Shown piece by piece: positions 22,833 through 33,648 of a DNA stretch of 64,000 bases (position 1 is its first letter; every line of letters begins with the position of its first letter). The notes under the pieces are model-generated. The model was not told where the DNA came from and searched no databases. It saw only the letters and a program-made list of their open reading frames with translations. The position numbers and the translations under genes were made by a program. Source of the stretch: Candidatus Cloacimonadota bacterium (lineage in GTDB: Bacteria > Cloacimonadota > Cloacimonadia > JGIOTU-2); assembly GCA_018334695.1 (NCBI GenBank), contig JAGXLO010000001.1:7551-71550 (forward strand). The letters run 5' to 3'.

Positions 22833-23060
22833 ATGAAAGAAGTGTGTATGAAAAAAAAGATAAATTATAAATGTCCAAAGTGCGGTAACACCCAATGTGA
22901 AATAGGGCAGATGCGAGTAATTAGTGGTTTCTGGAGTAAAATTTTCGATGTCCAGGGAAAAAAATATTCTACAGTAACCTGTACCAGATGTAAATACACA
23001 GAAATTTATCAAGCAAGCACCAGCACTATGGAAAACATATTTGACTTAATTACGAATTAA
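22833..23060 (+). CDS. small zinc-ribbon protein
   Basis: 75 aa with CPKCG...C and a CTRCKY pair of CxxC knuckles, a zinc-ribbon fold. The family is uncertain. Confidence 0.35.
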   Translation: MKEVCMKKKINYKCPKCGNTQCEIGQMRVISGFWSKIFDVQGKKYSTVTCTRCKYTEIYQASTSTMENIFDLITN

Positions 23061-23098
23061 GCATTTAATAAACACGGATCCTAAATTTACTTATAAAA

Positions 23099-23440
23099 AT
23101 GGAAAAGATAATTGCCTATTGTGGACTTGTCTGTGATGACTGCCCTGCTTTTATAGCTACAAACCAAAATTATCATGCAAAAAAAGAGGAGCTTACTAAA
23201 AAATGGGCAGATCAGAACGAAAATTTAAATGCTAATGATATTACGTGTTATGGTTGCAAAAATACCGATAAAAAAACAAAGTTTTGCCAAATCTGTTATG
23301 TAAGAAAATGTTGCATAAAAAAAGGTATAGAAAATTGCGCTTTCTGCTTTGATTACCCCTGCCCCGAATATAATAAACTAATTAAAAAAATCGATTCTCC
23401 CGAAGCCAAAAAAATTCTGGATGAGTTAAATGCTAATTAG
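23099..23440 (+). CDS. DUF3795-like cysteine-rich protein
   Basis: The N-terminus MEKIIAYCGLVCDDCPAFIAT plus further Cys pairs (CYGC, CQICYVRKCC, CAFCFDYPC) resemble the DUF3795 family. Confidence 0.5.
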   Translation: MEKIIAYCGLVCDDCPAFIATNQNYHAKKEELTKKWADQNENLNANDITCYGCKNTDKKTKFCQICYVRKCCIKKGIENCAFCFDYPCPEYNKLIKKIDSPEAKKILDELNAN

Positions 23441-23497
23441 AATAAGTTAATCCGGCTGGACTTCTTATGCCTAATTTTTATCTAAAGTAAATTATTT

Positions 23498-24151
23498 ATG
23501 AAAAACAAAATTATAATGAATATGAAAATTATTAAGACTCTTTTGCTTATTATAGTATTACTTATTAGTTGTTCCAAAAAAATGGACAAAGTTGAAATAT
23601 TAATATCTGATCTGAATTTTGCTGATAAATACATTCAGATGGAAACTATTGAAAAGTTGGCTAATACTGAAGATCCACGAGCAATAGAGCCTATTACAAA
23701 ATGCCTAATTTCCCCTCATGAAGAAGTAAGAATTACAGCCGTAAATGCTTTAGAAAAATTAAAAGCTCCCGCCTCAATAGATGATCTTATTTTATGTTTG
23801 GATGATGGTAGTAGGTCAGTAAGAAGAAATGCAATAAATGCCTTAAAAGGATTTGGAAACGAGGCTGTGGAAACTTTAATTGCATCCACAAAAAGTGAAG
23901 ATTGGAAAATTCGAAGCGGAGCTGCAGAAACTTTGGGGGAAATTGGAAATGAAAAAGCTGTTGATTCTCTAATTTTTCTTTTAGATGATAAAAACGAGGA
24001 TGTACGATTGGAAGCTGTAGTGGCTCTGGGTAAAATTGGTCCTACTAAATCAATCCAATATTTAGAAAAATTAAAACAAAAGGAAGTAAAGCAAAAGAAT
24101 TCGAAAGCAGTTAAAGAAATTCAGAATGCAATTGATAAAATAAGAAAATAA
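23498..24151 (+). CDS. HEAT/PBS-lyase repeat lipoprotein
   Basis: Signal peptide with a LISC lipobox. Repeated ~30-aa units (DPRAIEPITKCL..EEVRITAVNALEKL; SVRRNAINALKG; WKIRSGAAETLGEIG; EDVRLEAVVALGKIG) are typical of HEAT-like repeats. Confidence 0.55.
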   Translation: MKNKIIMNMKIIKTLLLIIVLLISCSKKMDKVEILISDLNFADKYIQMETIEKLANTEDPRAIEPITKCLISPHEEVRITAVNALEKLKAPASIDDLILCLDDGSRSVRRNAINALKGFGNEAVETLIASTKSEDWKIRSGAAETLGEIGNEKAVDSLIFLLDDKNEDVRLEAVVALGKIGPTKSIQYLEKLKQKEVKQKNSKAVKEIQNAIDKIRK

Positions 24152-24181
24152 AAATATTGTAAAAAGTAAAGGAGAACATAT

Positions 24182-24685
24182 ATGTTATTGAAATATAAAG
24201 ATATCAGACCAAAAATTGGTAATAATGTAATGATCGCTGAAGGAGCAAAAGTAATTGGAGATGTTGAACTGGGCGAATTATGCAGTGTGTGGTTTAATGC
24301 CGTTATTAGAGCCGATGTAAACTATATCAAAATCGGTGCCAGAACAAACATTCAGGATAACTCAGTCTTACACGTGACTACCGATATCGCTCCCATGAAT
24401 ATTGGAGAAGATGTTACTATAGGACACAGCGCAGTTTTGCATGGTTGCACTATTGAAAATAATTGCCTCATTGGTAGTAATGCTGTTATCTGGGATAATG
24501 CAGAAATTGGTGAAGGTTCTATAGTAGGAGCAGGAGCAGTGATACCTGCTGAAACCAAAATACCTCCTCGCTCTCTAGTAGTGGGTGTACCTGGAAAAAT
24601 TAAAGGAGAAATTTCAGATAAACAGTTTAAAGAGATAAAAAAATCAGCTGAAAATTATGTAAAATATGGTCAGAGCTATATCTAG
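24182..24685 (+). CDS. gamma-carbonic-anhydrase-like / left-handed beta-helix (hexapeptide) protein
   Basis: 167 aa. The N-terminus (P.I..NVMIAEGAKVIGDVELGE) and hexapeptide repeats with His ligands (HSAVLHGC) resemble gamma-CA/YrdA/PaaY family proteins. Confidence 0.7.
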   Translation: MLLKYKDIRPKIGNNVMIAEGAKVIGDVELGELCSVWFNAVIRADVNYIKIGARTNIQDNSVLHVTTDIAPMNIGEDVTIGHSAVLHGCTIENNCLIGSNAVIWDNAEIGEGSIVGAGAVIPAETKIPPRSLVVGVPGKIKGEISDKQFKEIKKSAENYVKYGQSYI

Positions 24686-24703
24686 AGAGGTTAATATACT
24701 ATT

Positions 24704-26101
24704 ATGAAAAAAACTCAAGTTGCTATAATCGGAGGGGGACCCGGCGGGTATGTTGCTGCAATACGTCTAAATCAACTCGGTATAGAATCAGTAGTCTTTG
24801 AAAAAGAAAGGCTGGGAGGTGTTTGCCTTAATTGGGGATGTATCCCCACAAAAACTCTGGTAAAAAGTGCAGATCTATTTTCCGAAATCAGTCGGGCAAA
24901 AAAATTTGGTATTGAAATAAATGATGCAAAAATTGATTATGAAAAAATATACAAAAGACAGGAAAAAGTAAAGAATCGCTTAACTTCTGGTGTTGAGTTT
25001 TTGTTCCGTAAAAGAAAAATAGAAGTTATACACAAAGAAGCTAAGAAAATCTGCTTTCATGAAGACAATTACATCATAAGTACCAACGATGAAGAAGTAA
25101 TGGCTCAATATATTATTATAGCCACTGGTTCCAAACCAAAAACTATCCCCAATATTAATTTTGACCATAAATCAATTCTGTCCTCCAAAGACTTGCTTAA
25201 GATAAAGGAGTTACCAGCAAAGCTCACTATCATAGGGGGCGGTGTAATAGGATGTGAATTTGCCTCAATTTATTCACAGTTAGGTATTAATGTAGAAATA
25301 ATTGAATTTCTACCGACTATCTTAAACGGGGAAGATGAAGAAATTATTAAAAGATTAAAAATCGCCCTAAAAAAACATAAAATTAAAATTCATTTAAATA
25401 CAACAGTAAATGAATACACCACAACTCCATCAGGTATTAAATTAAAATGTTCGGATAACAAGGAATTAATTACAGATAAAGTACTAATAAGTGCAGGTAG
25501 AGAACCTAACTGTAATCTGAAATTTGATAACTGTTGCCTTGATTTCTCTGAAAAAGCAATAAAAATAAACAATAGAATGGAAACCAACTTGAATAATGTT
25601 TTTGCCATTGGAGATGTAACCGGAAAAATGCTTTTGGCTCATGTAGCAAGTAAACAAGCAATAGAGGTTGCAAAAAGTTTAAATAATAAAATTAATAGCA
25701 AAAATGAGGCATTAAAAGATATTAATTATCATAACATACCGCGCTGTACTTTTACTAATCCTGAAATTGCATCGGTAGGATTAACCGAAAAACAGGCAAA
25801 AAATAAGTATGATAATATTAAAATTGGCAAATTTCCATTTAGGGCAAATGGTAAAGCTCTGGGAATAGATGAAACATATGGATTTGTAAAAACCGTTGCC
25901 AGCACCAGTGATGACCGATTACTTGGAATGCATATAATTGGTCCCTCAGCAACTGAATTAATTGCAGAAGGTACTCTTCTTATCAATAACAAGTCAACTG
26001 CAAAGGAAGCCATGGAAACAGTTTATGCACACCCTACATTATCAGAAGTAGTTGCTGAATCAATCGAAGACTTGGAGTCTAAGGCTATACATAAAATTTA
26101 A
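24704..26101 (+). CDS. lpdA: dihydrolipoyl dehydrogenase
   Basis: AIIGGGPGGYVAA FAD motif, the redox-active disulfide GGVCLNWGCIPTK, a second NAD Rossmann TIIGGGVIGCEFA, and the C-terminal HAHPTLSE interface motif. 465 aa. Confidence 0.85.
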   Translation: MKKTQVAIIGGGPGGYVAAIRLNQLGIESVVFEKERLGGVCLNWGCIPTKTLVKSADLFSEISRAKKFGIEINDAKIDYEKIYKRQEKVKNRLTSGVEFLFRKRKIEVIHKEAKKICFHEDNYIISTNDEEVMAQYIIIATGSKPKTIPNINFDHKSILSSKDLLKIKELPAKLTIIGGGVIGCEFASIYSQLGINVEIIEFLPTILNGEDEEIIKRLKIALKKHKIKIHLNTTVNEYTTTPSGIKLKCSDNKELITDKVLISAGREPNCNLKFDNCCLDFSEKAIKINNRMETNLNNVFAIGDVTGKMLLAHVASKQAIEVAKSLNNKINSKNEALKDINYHNIPRCTFTNPEIASVGLTEKQAKNKYDNIKIGKFPFRANGKALGIDETYGFVKTVASTSDDRLLGMHIIGPSATELIAEGTLLINNKSTAKEAMETVYAHPTLSEVVAESIEDLESKAIHKI

Positions 26102-26398
26102 AAATTAACAATATAGTAGATAAAAGAAAAACGAAACAAATGAAGATAAAATTCAAACCATTTTAGTTGGTTAGAATGACCCCGCAGAATAAGCATGTCC
26201 CTTTTTCTTCATTCCGGAAAAATGTATTTACGATAAGGGATGGAAACAGCAAATTTTTCTGCAATTCCTGTTAAATTTACCCAAATAAACTAGATTTAAG
26301 TAGGTAATTATTCATGTGCCAAACTTGACTTATAACTTTCTTAATTTCTTTCTAGTTATCTACATCAATTACTAAAATTTTTATTCATAAGAGCAATT

Positions 26399-28330
26399 AT
26401 GTTAAAATTATACAATGATATTTCAAGAAAAAGATTTTATAATTTCCTGGTAATCCCAGTACTAGTGATTATTATACTAACCACGATTATTATTCAGATC
26501 ATCAATCAAAATTTACATAATCACAAAAAACAGTATAAACAAGAGCTGATAAAAGAATTAGAGGAAAAACATAATGCAGTTTTGAATTCTTATTCGGAAA
26601 ATGCCGAGATGCTTTTTAAATTATATGTAGATAAACCGGAAATATTAAAATTAATGGGAAAAGCAAACACTTCTAATCAAAATATAAAAAACAAAGCAAG
26701 ACAAAATTTGTTAGACAAATTAATGCCTGTTTATCAGGAGTTGCGCAAATATTATGTAAGGCAGTTTCATTTTCATCTGCCAAATTATGAAAGTTTTTTG
26801 AGGTTGCACAAACCCGATAAATATGGAGACAATTTAAAAGGGATCCGCTACTCTGTAGTTAAAGCAAATTTGGAAAAAAGAGCTGTTAGCGGTTTTGAAG
26901 AAGGGAGGGTATACAACGGTTTTAGAAATGTTTTCCCTGTTTTTTATAAAAACGAACACCTGGGGACTGTAGAAATAAGTTTTGACTTTGTAGCTCTTAA
27001 ACAACGTTTACAAAATATATTTCCGGGGAATTACAAATTTTTTATTAAAAAAAACGTTGTTAATAAGAAAGTTTGGACTTCAAGCCAGGATTTTTACAAA
27101 AAATCTGAATTTGCGAACTACTTATACGAAAAACATTCTGCTACTGATTCTACAAATTTAATTATCAATACCAAAATTAGAGAAAATATTAATAAAAAAA
27201 TTCAATCCGGCAATTCTTTCGTAGAAACTTATAAAATTGATGAAAATTATATTGCCGCGATATTTTTTCCCATCCATAATCTTAAAGAGGAGCATGTTGC
27301 CTATATAGCATATTATAAAAATGATGAAACTTTTCAAAGTTTAGAAAATCAATATTTTTGGGAATTCATAATTGTGATAATTTCCGCTTTTATATTAATT
27401 CTAATTACAATTCAATTAATCAGGTACTATCTGCAAGAAAAAGTTGTGAAAGACAAACTTAAGCAAAATGAAGAAAAATATAGATATATCTTTGAAAATT
27501 TGCAGGGTCTTTATTACAGAACAGATTTAAAAGGTAAAATTGAATTGATTAGTCCTTCCGTTAAACAGATAGCAGGATATGAACCAGATGAATTGATTGG
27601 AAAAAGCGTTTTAACTCTATATGAAAAAGAACTAGATATGATAAAATTTCGCAGACATCTTATGGAAAAGACGCAAGTATGGAATTATGAATTGCGTCTT
27701 ATCAAAAAAAATGGTGCCCTGGCATATGTATCAGTTAATGCCCATCTCGTATATGATCAAAAAGGTAATCCTACTCATGTGGAAGGGATTATTCATGATA
27801 TAACCGAAAGTAAAAAGGCAAGAGAAAGATTTAAGCATGAAGCTATGCATGACCATCTAACAGGTATCCTGAATCGCAGAGCAATAATTGAAGAGCTAGA
27901 AAAAGAAATAGCTAGAGCCAAAAGATTGGAGCAAAATGTTGCTGTTGGATTGTTTGATATAGATCATTTTAAAAAAGTTAATGACAAGTACGGTCACGAT
28001 ATTGGTGATGAGGTTCTTATTAAGCTGGTGAAAATGGTTAAGAATAATTTAAGACCCTATGATCACCTGGGACGTTATGGTGGAGAAGAATTTGTTGCGA
28101 TTCTACCAGGATGCACATCCCAAAAAGCTAAAGAAATTTTCGAAAGAAACCGTTCTTTTGTAGCAAAAAACAATATTAAAACAAGTAAAGTTAATATTTC
28201 CATTACCATTAGTATCGGTATTACCAGCCTCCAAGCAGATGCTTCAGAAATGATTAGATTGGCAGACACAGCAATGTATAAAGCAAAAGAACAAGGCAGA
28301 AATAAAATAGTTTATCTATTTCCAAAATAA
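26399..28330 (+). CDS. sensor diguanylate cyclase (TM - Cache-like sensor - TM - PAS - GGDEF)
   Basis: An N-terminal TM helix is followed by a periplasmic region with the Cache-like RQFHFHLPNYESFLRLHKPDKYGDNL motif and a second TM (FIIVIISAFILILITIQLI). A PAS-like block precedes GGDEF motifs (RYGGEEF, the GLFDIDHFKKVND A-site region). Confidence 0.8.
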   Translation: MLKLYNDISRKRFYNFLVIPVLVIIILTTIIIQIINQNLHNHKKQYKQELIKELEEKHNAVLNSYSENAEMLFKLYVDKPEILKLMGKANTSNQNIKNKARQNLLDKLMPVYQELRKYYVRQFHFHLPNYESFLRLHKPDKYGDNLKGIRYSVVKANLEKRAVSGFEEGRVYNGFRNVFPVFYKNEHLGTVEISFDFVALKQRLQNIFPGNYKFFIKKNVVNKKVWTSSQDFYKKSEFANYLYEKHSATDSTNLIINTKIRENINKKIQSGNSFVETYKIDENYIAAIFFPIHNLKEEHVAYIAYYKNDETFQSLENQYFWEFIIVIISAFILILITIQLIRYYLQEKVVKDKLKQNEEKYRYIFENLQGLYYRTDLKGKIELISPSVKQIAGYEPDELIGKSVLTLYEKELDMIKFRRHLMEKTQVWNYELRLIKKNGALAYVSVNAHLVYDQKGNPTHVEGIIHDITESKKARERFKHEAMHDHLTGILNRRAIIEELEKEIARAKRLEQNVAVGLFDIDHFKKVNDKYGHDIGDEVLIKLVKMVKNNLRPYDHLGRYGGEEFVAILPGCTSQKAKEIFERNRSFVAKNNIKTSKVNISITISIGITSLQADASEMIRLADTAMYKAKEQGRNKIVYLFPK

Positions 28331-28437
28331 AGCGATGATTACAAGCAGCTAAGATCTATCAAAATTAATAAATAAAAATATTTATACACTAAAACTGAAA
28401 ATATAAAAAAACATTAAATAAAAATTTTGGAGGAAAT

Positions 28438-30819
28438 ATGAAATTTGTTGAACTCGAAGATAAAAATATTTTAGACAAAGATTTATTGCAAAAAATAGAT
28501 AAGTACTGGCAGGCAGCCAATTATTTATCTGTAGGCCAAATATACCTGAAGGATAATCCTTTATTAAAAAAAGAATTAAAATCTGAAGATGTAAAATCCA
28601 GGCTATTGGGACACTGGGGGACAACTCCGGGTCTAAATTTTATCTATGTTCATCTTAATAGAGTTATCAAGCAAAACGATTTAAATTTGATTTATGTTAC
28701 CGGACCAGGACATGGCGGACCGGGATTGGTGGCAAATACATATCTAGAAGGCAGTTATTCCGAATATTATCCCAATATTTCCCAAGATGAAGAGGGTATG
28801 AAAAAACTTTTTAAACAATTTTCCTTTCCGGGAGGAATTCCCAGTCATGTGGCTCCTGAAACACCTGGGTCTATAAATGAAGGTGGGGAGTTAGGATACT
28901 CGTTAGCACATGCTTTTGGGGCAGTTTTTGATAATCCGGATCTCATTGCCTGCTGCGTAGTGGGAGATGGAGAAGCAGAAACAGGAGCTCTTGCTACAAG
29001 CTGGCATTCTAATAAATTCCTTAATCCCATAAATGACGGTGCTGTTCTACCGATATTACATCTAAATGGTTATAAAATTGCCAATCCAACCGTTTTAGCA
29101 AGAATTCCCAAACAAGAATTGGTGGATCTGTTCCAGGGTTATGGCTATAAACCATACATTGTGGAAGGCAATAAACCACTGGAAATGCATCAAAAAATGG
29201 CTGCAACGCTGGATTCTGTATTTAAAGAAATAAATTCAATTCAACTAGATATTCGCAAGAATGGCTTTAAAAAACGACCCAAATGGCCCATGATAATATT
29301 TAAGACTCCAAAAGGCTGGACCTGCCCCAAAAAGATAGATGGAAAAAAAATTGAAGGCTCTTTCCGCTCGCATCAGGTTCCTGTATCTGACCTTGATGAA
29401 AATCCGGATAAATTGAAAATTCTGGAAAATTGGATGAAGAGTTATAAACCGGAACAATTGTTTGATGAAAAAGGAAAATTACTACCTGAATTAAGCAAGT
29501 TGGCTCCCAGTGGTAAAAAGAGGATGGGGGATAACCCACATGCCAATGGTGGAGTGTTACGCAAAGACCTAATTATGCCTGATTTTACAGATTATGCCGT
29601 GGAAGTAAAAAATCCCGCTCAGAGAACCGCAGAAGCGACCAGAGTCCTAGGGAATTTTTTGCGTGATATAATGAAAAAAAATATGAAATATAAAAACTTT
29701 CGTGTGATGGGACCTGATGAAACAGATTCCAATCGTCTCAGTGCGCTTTTTGATGTAACTGAAAGAGTTTCTACTGCCAAAATATTACCTGAAGATGAAA
29801 ACATCTCATCCCAGGGTAGAGTTATGGAAATACTAAGTGAACATCTATGCCAGGGCTGGTTAGAAGGCTACCTTCTAACAGGCAGGCACGGTTTATTATC
29901 TTGCTATGAAGCATTTATTCATATTGTTGATTCCATGTTCAATCAGCATGCAAAATGGCTTAAAGTGACCAAAAACATCAGTTGGAGAAGACCACTGTCA
30001 TCTCTGAATTATCTTTTGACCTCTCATGTATGGAGACAGGATCATAATGGTTTTAGTCATCAAGACCCTGGGTTCATTGACCATGTTGTAAACAAAAAAG
30101 CAAATGTGGTAAGAGTTTATCTGCCACCGGATGCAAATACTTTACTCTCCGTAGCCGACCACTGCCTTCGTAGTAAGGACTACATAAATGTTATAGTTGC
30201 CGGAAAACAACCTGAACTCCAGTATCTGAGTATGGATGAAGCTATAAAACACTGTACAAAAGGCATTGGAATCTGGGAATGGGCGAGTAATGATGAAAAT
30301 TCAAAACCCGATGTGGTTATGGCATGTGCAGGAGACACACCAACTTTGGAAACTCTTGCTGCTGTAGATATATTAAGAACTCATATTACTGATTTGAAAA
30401 TTAGAGTTGTTAATATTGTTGATTTGATGACCCTACAACCGGAAACCGAGCATCCGCACGGCTTATCTGATAAACAATTCGATTCCATGTTTACTAAAAA
30501 TAAACCAGTCATTTTTGCTTTTCACGGATATCCCTGGCTTATTCACAGATTAACCTATAGAAGAACAAACCATAAAAACATTCATGTTAGAGGTTATAAA
30601 GAAGAAGGAACAACCACAACACCCTTTGATATGGTAGTTCAAAATGATCTGGATCGCTTTAATCTGGTGATGGATGTAATAGATAGACTTCCCGCCCTTG
30701 AACAAACCGCTTCTCATCTTATGCAAAAAATGAGAGATTTACTAATCGAGCATAAACACTATATAGAAAAATATGGTGTAGATATGCCCATGGTGAGAAA
30801 TTGGAAATGGAAGTACTAA
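28438..30819 (+). CDS. xfp: xylulose-5-phosphate/fructose-6-phosphate phosphoketolase
   Basis: 793 aa. The characteristic N-terminus (...[21 protein letters not shown]...GHWGTTPG), the TPP-binding region (GPGHGGP) and the length all fit phosphoketolases. Confidence 0.9.
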   Translation: MKFVELEDKNILDKDLLQKIDKYWQAANYLSVGQIYLKDNPLLKKELKSEDVKSRLLGHWGTTPGLNFIYVHLNRVIKQNDLNLIYVTGPGHGGPGLVANTYLEGSYSEYYPNISQDEEGMKKLFKQFSFPGGIPSHVAPETPGSINEGGELGYSLAHAFGAVFDNPDLIACCVVGDGEAETGALATSWHSNKFLNPINDGAVLPILHLNGYKIANPTVLARIPKQELVDLFQGYGYKPYIVEGNKPLEMHQKMAATLDSVFKEINSIQLDIRKNGFKKRPKWPMIIFKTPKGWTCPKKIDGKKIEGSFRSHQVPVSDLDENPDKLKILENWMKSYKPEQLFDEKGKLLPELSKLAPSGKKRMGDNPHANGGVLRKDLIMPDFTDYAVEVKNPAQRTAEATRVLGNFLRDIMKKNMKYKNFRVMGPDETDSNRLSALFDVTERVSTAKILPEDENISSQGRVMEILSEHLCQGWLEGYLLTGRHGLLSCYEAFIHIVDSMFNQHAKWLKVTKNISWRRPLSSLNYLLTSHVWRQDHNGFSHQDPGFIDHVVNKKANVVRVYLPPDANTLLSVADHCLRSKDYINVIVAGKQPELQYLSMDEAIKHCTKGIGIWEWASNDENSKPDVVMACAGDTPTLETLAAVDILRTHITDLKIRVVNIVDLMTLQPETEHPHGLSDKQFDSMFTKNKPVIFAFHGYPWLIHRLTYRRTNHKNIHVRGYKEEGTTTTPFDMVVQNDLDRFNLVMDVIDRLPALEQTASHLMQKMRDLLIEHKHYIEKYGVDMPMVRNWKWKY

Positions 30820-30844
30820 GTGATGAGTTTTTTTTAATTTGTAA

Positions 30845-31096
30845 TTATTTAAAAGTGTCTAATATAGGTTCTATAAGCTCATTAGCTTTTTTTAAATTAC
30901 TTTGGTGGACGTAGATCTCAATGTAAGTTTTTTCATCATTTGATTCAAAATAGGGACCGATAGTCATTCCCTTTCTATCATAAGAATAGGGAATTTCATT
31001 ATTTTCTAATATATCAACTATTGTATCAAATTCCAGGTTGTTTTTTGCCTTACAAAGCAAAACTGTTTTTTCTTGGTCGTTATTTTTTTCTGCCAT
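30845..31096 (-). CDS. small hypothetical protein (possibly DUF2007-like)
   Basis: 83-aa ORF convergent with xfp and upstream of rnr on the minus strand. The weak resemblance to small putative signal-transducing proteins is a low-confidence family guess. Confidence 0.35.
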   Translation of the reverse strand: MAEKNNDQEKTVLLCKAKNNLEFDTIVDILENNEIPYSYDRKGMTIGPYFESNDEKTYIEIYVHQSNLKKANELIEPILDTFK

Positions 31097-31108
31097 CTTT
31101 TACTCCAA

Positions 31109-33214
31109 TTAACTAATTAATTCAAATTCAATACTATGAATTACTTCTTTAACTTTGACTTTAACTTTTTGGCAAAGATGAAATTGTTTATTAGTATTTT
31201 TTCCTATTACTCTATAATTCTTTTGATTGAATTTGTAATAATCATCCTTAATAGACTTAAAGGGTATAAAGCCCTGGATAGGATATTCTTCCAATTCCAC
31301 GAACATATTTTTGTTATTAAAATTTGTGATAATAGCAGTGAAGACCCGATTCTTGTGTTCCTGCATGAACCGGTTCTTTTTAATTTTTCCTAATGTTCTT
31401 TCTGCATCTAATGCCTGTACTTCACGAGCCGAAGAACGCTTAGCGTAACTTTTTATATCATCCAACGTGAATTTTTTTGGACTCCAGCCAAATACAGCTT
31501 GTTTTAGCAAATGATGTACAATAAGGTCAGGAAATCTTCTAATAGGGGAGGTAAAATGGGTATAAGAGTCAAGAGCTAAACCAAAATGACCTGAGTTCAT
31601 ATGTGAATACTTAGCCTTTTTCATACTTCTAAGCAAAAGAATGTCAAAAACCTGATGTTCATTCTTGCTATCCAAAGAATCGAGAAACTTCTTTAATACT
31701 AAATTTTGATTTGCCTGAGAAAAATTTAATTTGTAACCATATGCTTTAGCCAACATAGCGAATTCTCCCAATTTTGCAGGATCAGGTTCATCGTGAATTC
31801 TAAAAATTGCTGAATTACATTTTTTTGCAATTAGATCAGCAACATAACTATTAGCAAGAAGCATAAATTCTTCTATAAGTAGATGAGATTCTGTCTCTCT
31901 TGTTCTTAAAATACCAACAGGAGAACCTTTTTCGTCGAACTCAAATTCTGTATCGGGCAAGTCAAAATCTAATCCACCTCTTTCATAACGCTGTTTGGTT
32001 AGATGCTTTGCAATTGGACGCAATAATTTTAGCGAAAATTTTACCTTATCTGTTATTTTGTGCTGATATCCTTCTTTAAATAGCTGATCTACTTGATTAT
32101 AGTTCAATCTCTGGTCACTGTTAATAATTGAAGGATAACTAATTTTCCTTAGTAAATTAAAATTTTTATCAAAATCAAATATTACTGAAATAGTTAACTT
32201 ATCTTCACCTGGTTGAAGACTACAAATTTGTGTGCTAATTCTATTATGCAACATCGGAATTACATTCTGGAGTAAATATATACTGGTACAACGTCTAAAA
32301 GCCTCTTTAAATGAAGCTGAACTTGCCGAAACATAATGTGAAACATCGGCAATATGAATATATAACCTAAAACCTTCATCAATCTTTTCTATTGAAATTG
32401 CATCATCAAAATCTTTGGCATCCTCAGGATCTATAGTAAAAGTAGTTATGTTTCTAAAGTCTTTTCTGCGAGAAACTTCTGGTTGAGATATTTCTGGTGA
32501 TATTTTTTCTACTTCCGATTTTACTTGAGCAGGAAAATCATCAGGTAAGCCAAATTGATTTACAACTGACAGATAATCTATCTTAGGATCATTTTTATCA
32601 CCAAGAATCTTCTTAATAATGCCTTTAGGTGATTTGTAAGTGGCTCTGTTACCCCAATCTGAGATAGAAACAACAACCTTCTTATCTTTTATATCCTTGA
32701 ATTTAACTGATTCATCTTCGATTGTAATTAATTGATCAATTTTAGGCTCATCCGGTACCAGATAAGGGGTTCCATCTGTAATATGAATATTTCCCACGAA
32801 CTCAGTTTTATCTCTTTCGATTATTTTTGTTATTTTGCCTACTTTTTTCTTATTGCGTTTATTAGATTTGACAATTACTACTTCAACTGTATCACCGTTA
32901 AAGGCATTAAGGCAGTTTTCTCTATAAATTAATATATCAAACTTATTAGTATTTACAAAACCAAAAGAATAGTCATTCGATAGGGCAGTAGAGTCGAATC
33001 TTCCTTTTGTTTTATTGAAATTTTTCCTTGAGGTATATTTTTTACCTTTTCTAACTATTTTTCCATTTTTAACTAATCTATTCAATGTTTTCTTTACTTT
33101 GTTTCTATTTTTCTTTTTAACTCCTAATATTCTGCAAATCTTATGCACTTTATAATATTTATTAGTATTATTATTCAGAATATTCAGAATTTTATCATAT
33201 AAATCTTTTGCCAT
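31109..33214 (-). CDS. rnr: ribonuclease R
   Basis: 701 aa. The RNB catalytic domain carries the FTIDPEDAKDFDDAISIE motif (the DxxD catalytic site of RNase II/R). N-terminal cold-shock/OB folds and a C-terminal S1-like region are present. Confidence 0.9.
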   Translation of the reverse strand: MAKDLYDKILNILNNNTNKYYKVHKICRILGVKKKNRNKVKKTLNRLVKNGKIVRKGKKYTSRKNFNKTKGRFDSTALSNDYSFGFVNTNKFDILIYRENCLNAFNGDTVEVVIVKSNKRNKKKVGKITKIIERDKTEFVGNIHITDGTPYLVPDEPKIDQLITIEDESVKFKDIKDKKVVVSISDWGNRATYKSPKGIIKKILGDKNDPKIDYLSVVNQFGLPDDFPAQVKSEVEKISPEISQPEVSRRKDFRNITTFTIDPEDAKDFDDAISIEKIDEGFRLYIHIADVSHYVSASSASFKEAFRRCTSIYLLQNVIPMLHNRISTQICSLQPGEDKLTISVIFDFDKNFNLLRKISYPSIINSDQRLNYNQVDQLFKEGYQHKITDKVKFSLKLLRPIAKHLTKQRYERGGLDFDLPDTEFEFDEKGSPVGILRTRETESHLLIEEFMLLANSYVADLIAKKCNSAIFRIHDEPDPAKLGEFAMLAKAYGYKLNFSQANQNLVLKKFLDSLDSKNEHQVFDILLLRSMKKAKYSHMNSGHFGLALDSYTHFTSPIRRFPDLIVHHLLKQAVFGWSPKKFTLDDIKSYAKRSSAREVQALDAERTLGKIKKNRFMQEHKNRVFTAIITNFNNKNMFVELEEYPIQGFIPFKSIKDDYYKFNQKNYRVIGKNTNKQFHLCQKVKVKVKEVIHSIEFELIS

Positions 33215-33216
33215 AA

Positions 33217-33648
33217 TTAATATCTTTTCTCAATTTTTGTTTCTAAAAATTCCATAATTTTTTCTCTCTCTTTCTGTTCTTTAGTAAAACGTATAGATTG
33301 TCCTCTAAACCTGTCAAGACCACGCGGTTTCTCAAATGTGCTTAACATGATGCCTTTTTTATCAGCGTAGAAACATTTATACTTAGAATATTTATTCTTA
33401 TTTTCAAATCCGATATAAGAAGAAACTATATAGTCATCATAAAAACGGTATTCAGTAGGAATAAAATAGGGGAATAGAGAGCCAAATAAAAAAATTAGAG
33501 CTAATATTACCCAGAATGGTGAAGTGGTCACCGTATAAACGAAATATGCAACTAAAATAAAAAATAATGATAAAAGTAAGGTCTGTAAGGGAAATTCAAC
33601 TAGAGGAAATGATTTCCATTTAAATTTCGGCTCTTTCTTATTCGACAT
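33217..33648 (-). CDS. hypothetical membrane protein
   Basis: 143 aa with two clear TM helices (LLLSLFFILVAYFVYTV; FWVILALIFLFGSLFPYFI). It overlaps the yicC stop by 11 nt, so it is likely co-transcribed. Confidence 0.4.
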   Translation of the reverse strand: MSNKKEPKFKWKSFPLVEFPLQTLLLSLFFILVAYFVYTVTTSPFWVILALIFLFGSLFPYFIPTEYRFYDDYIVSSYIGFENKNKYSKYKCFYADKKGIMLSTFEKPRGLDRFRGQSIRFTKEQKEREKIMEFLETKIEKRY

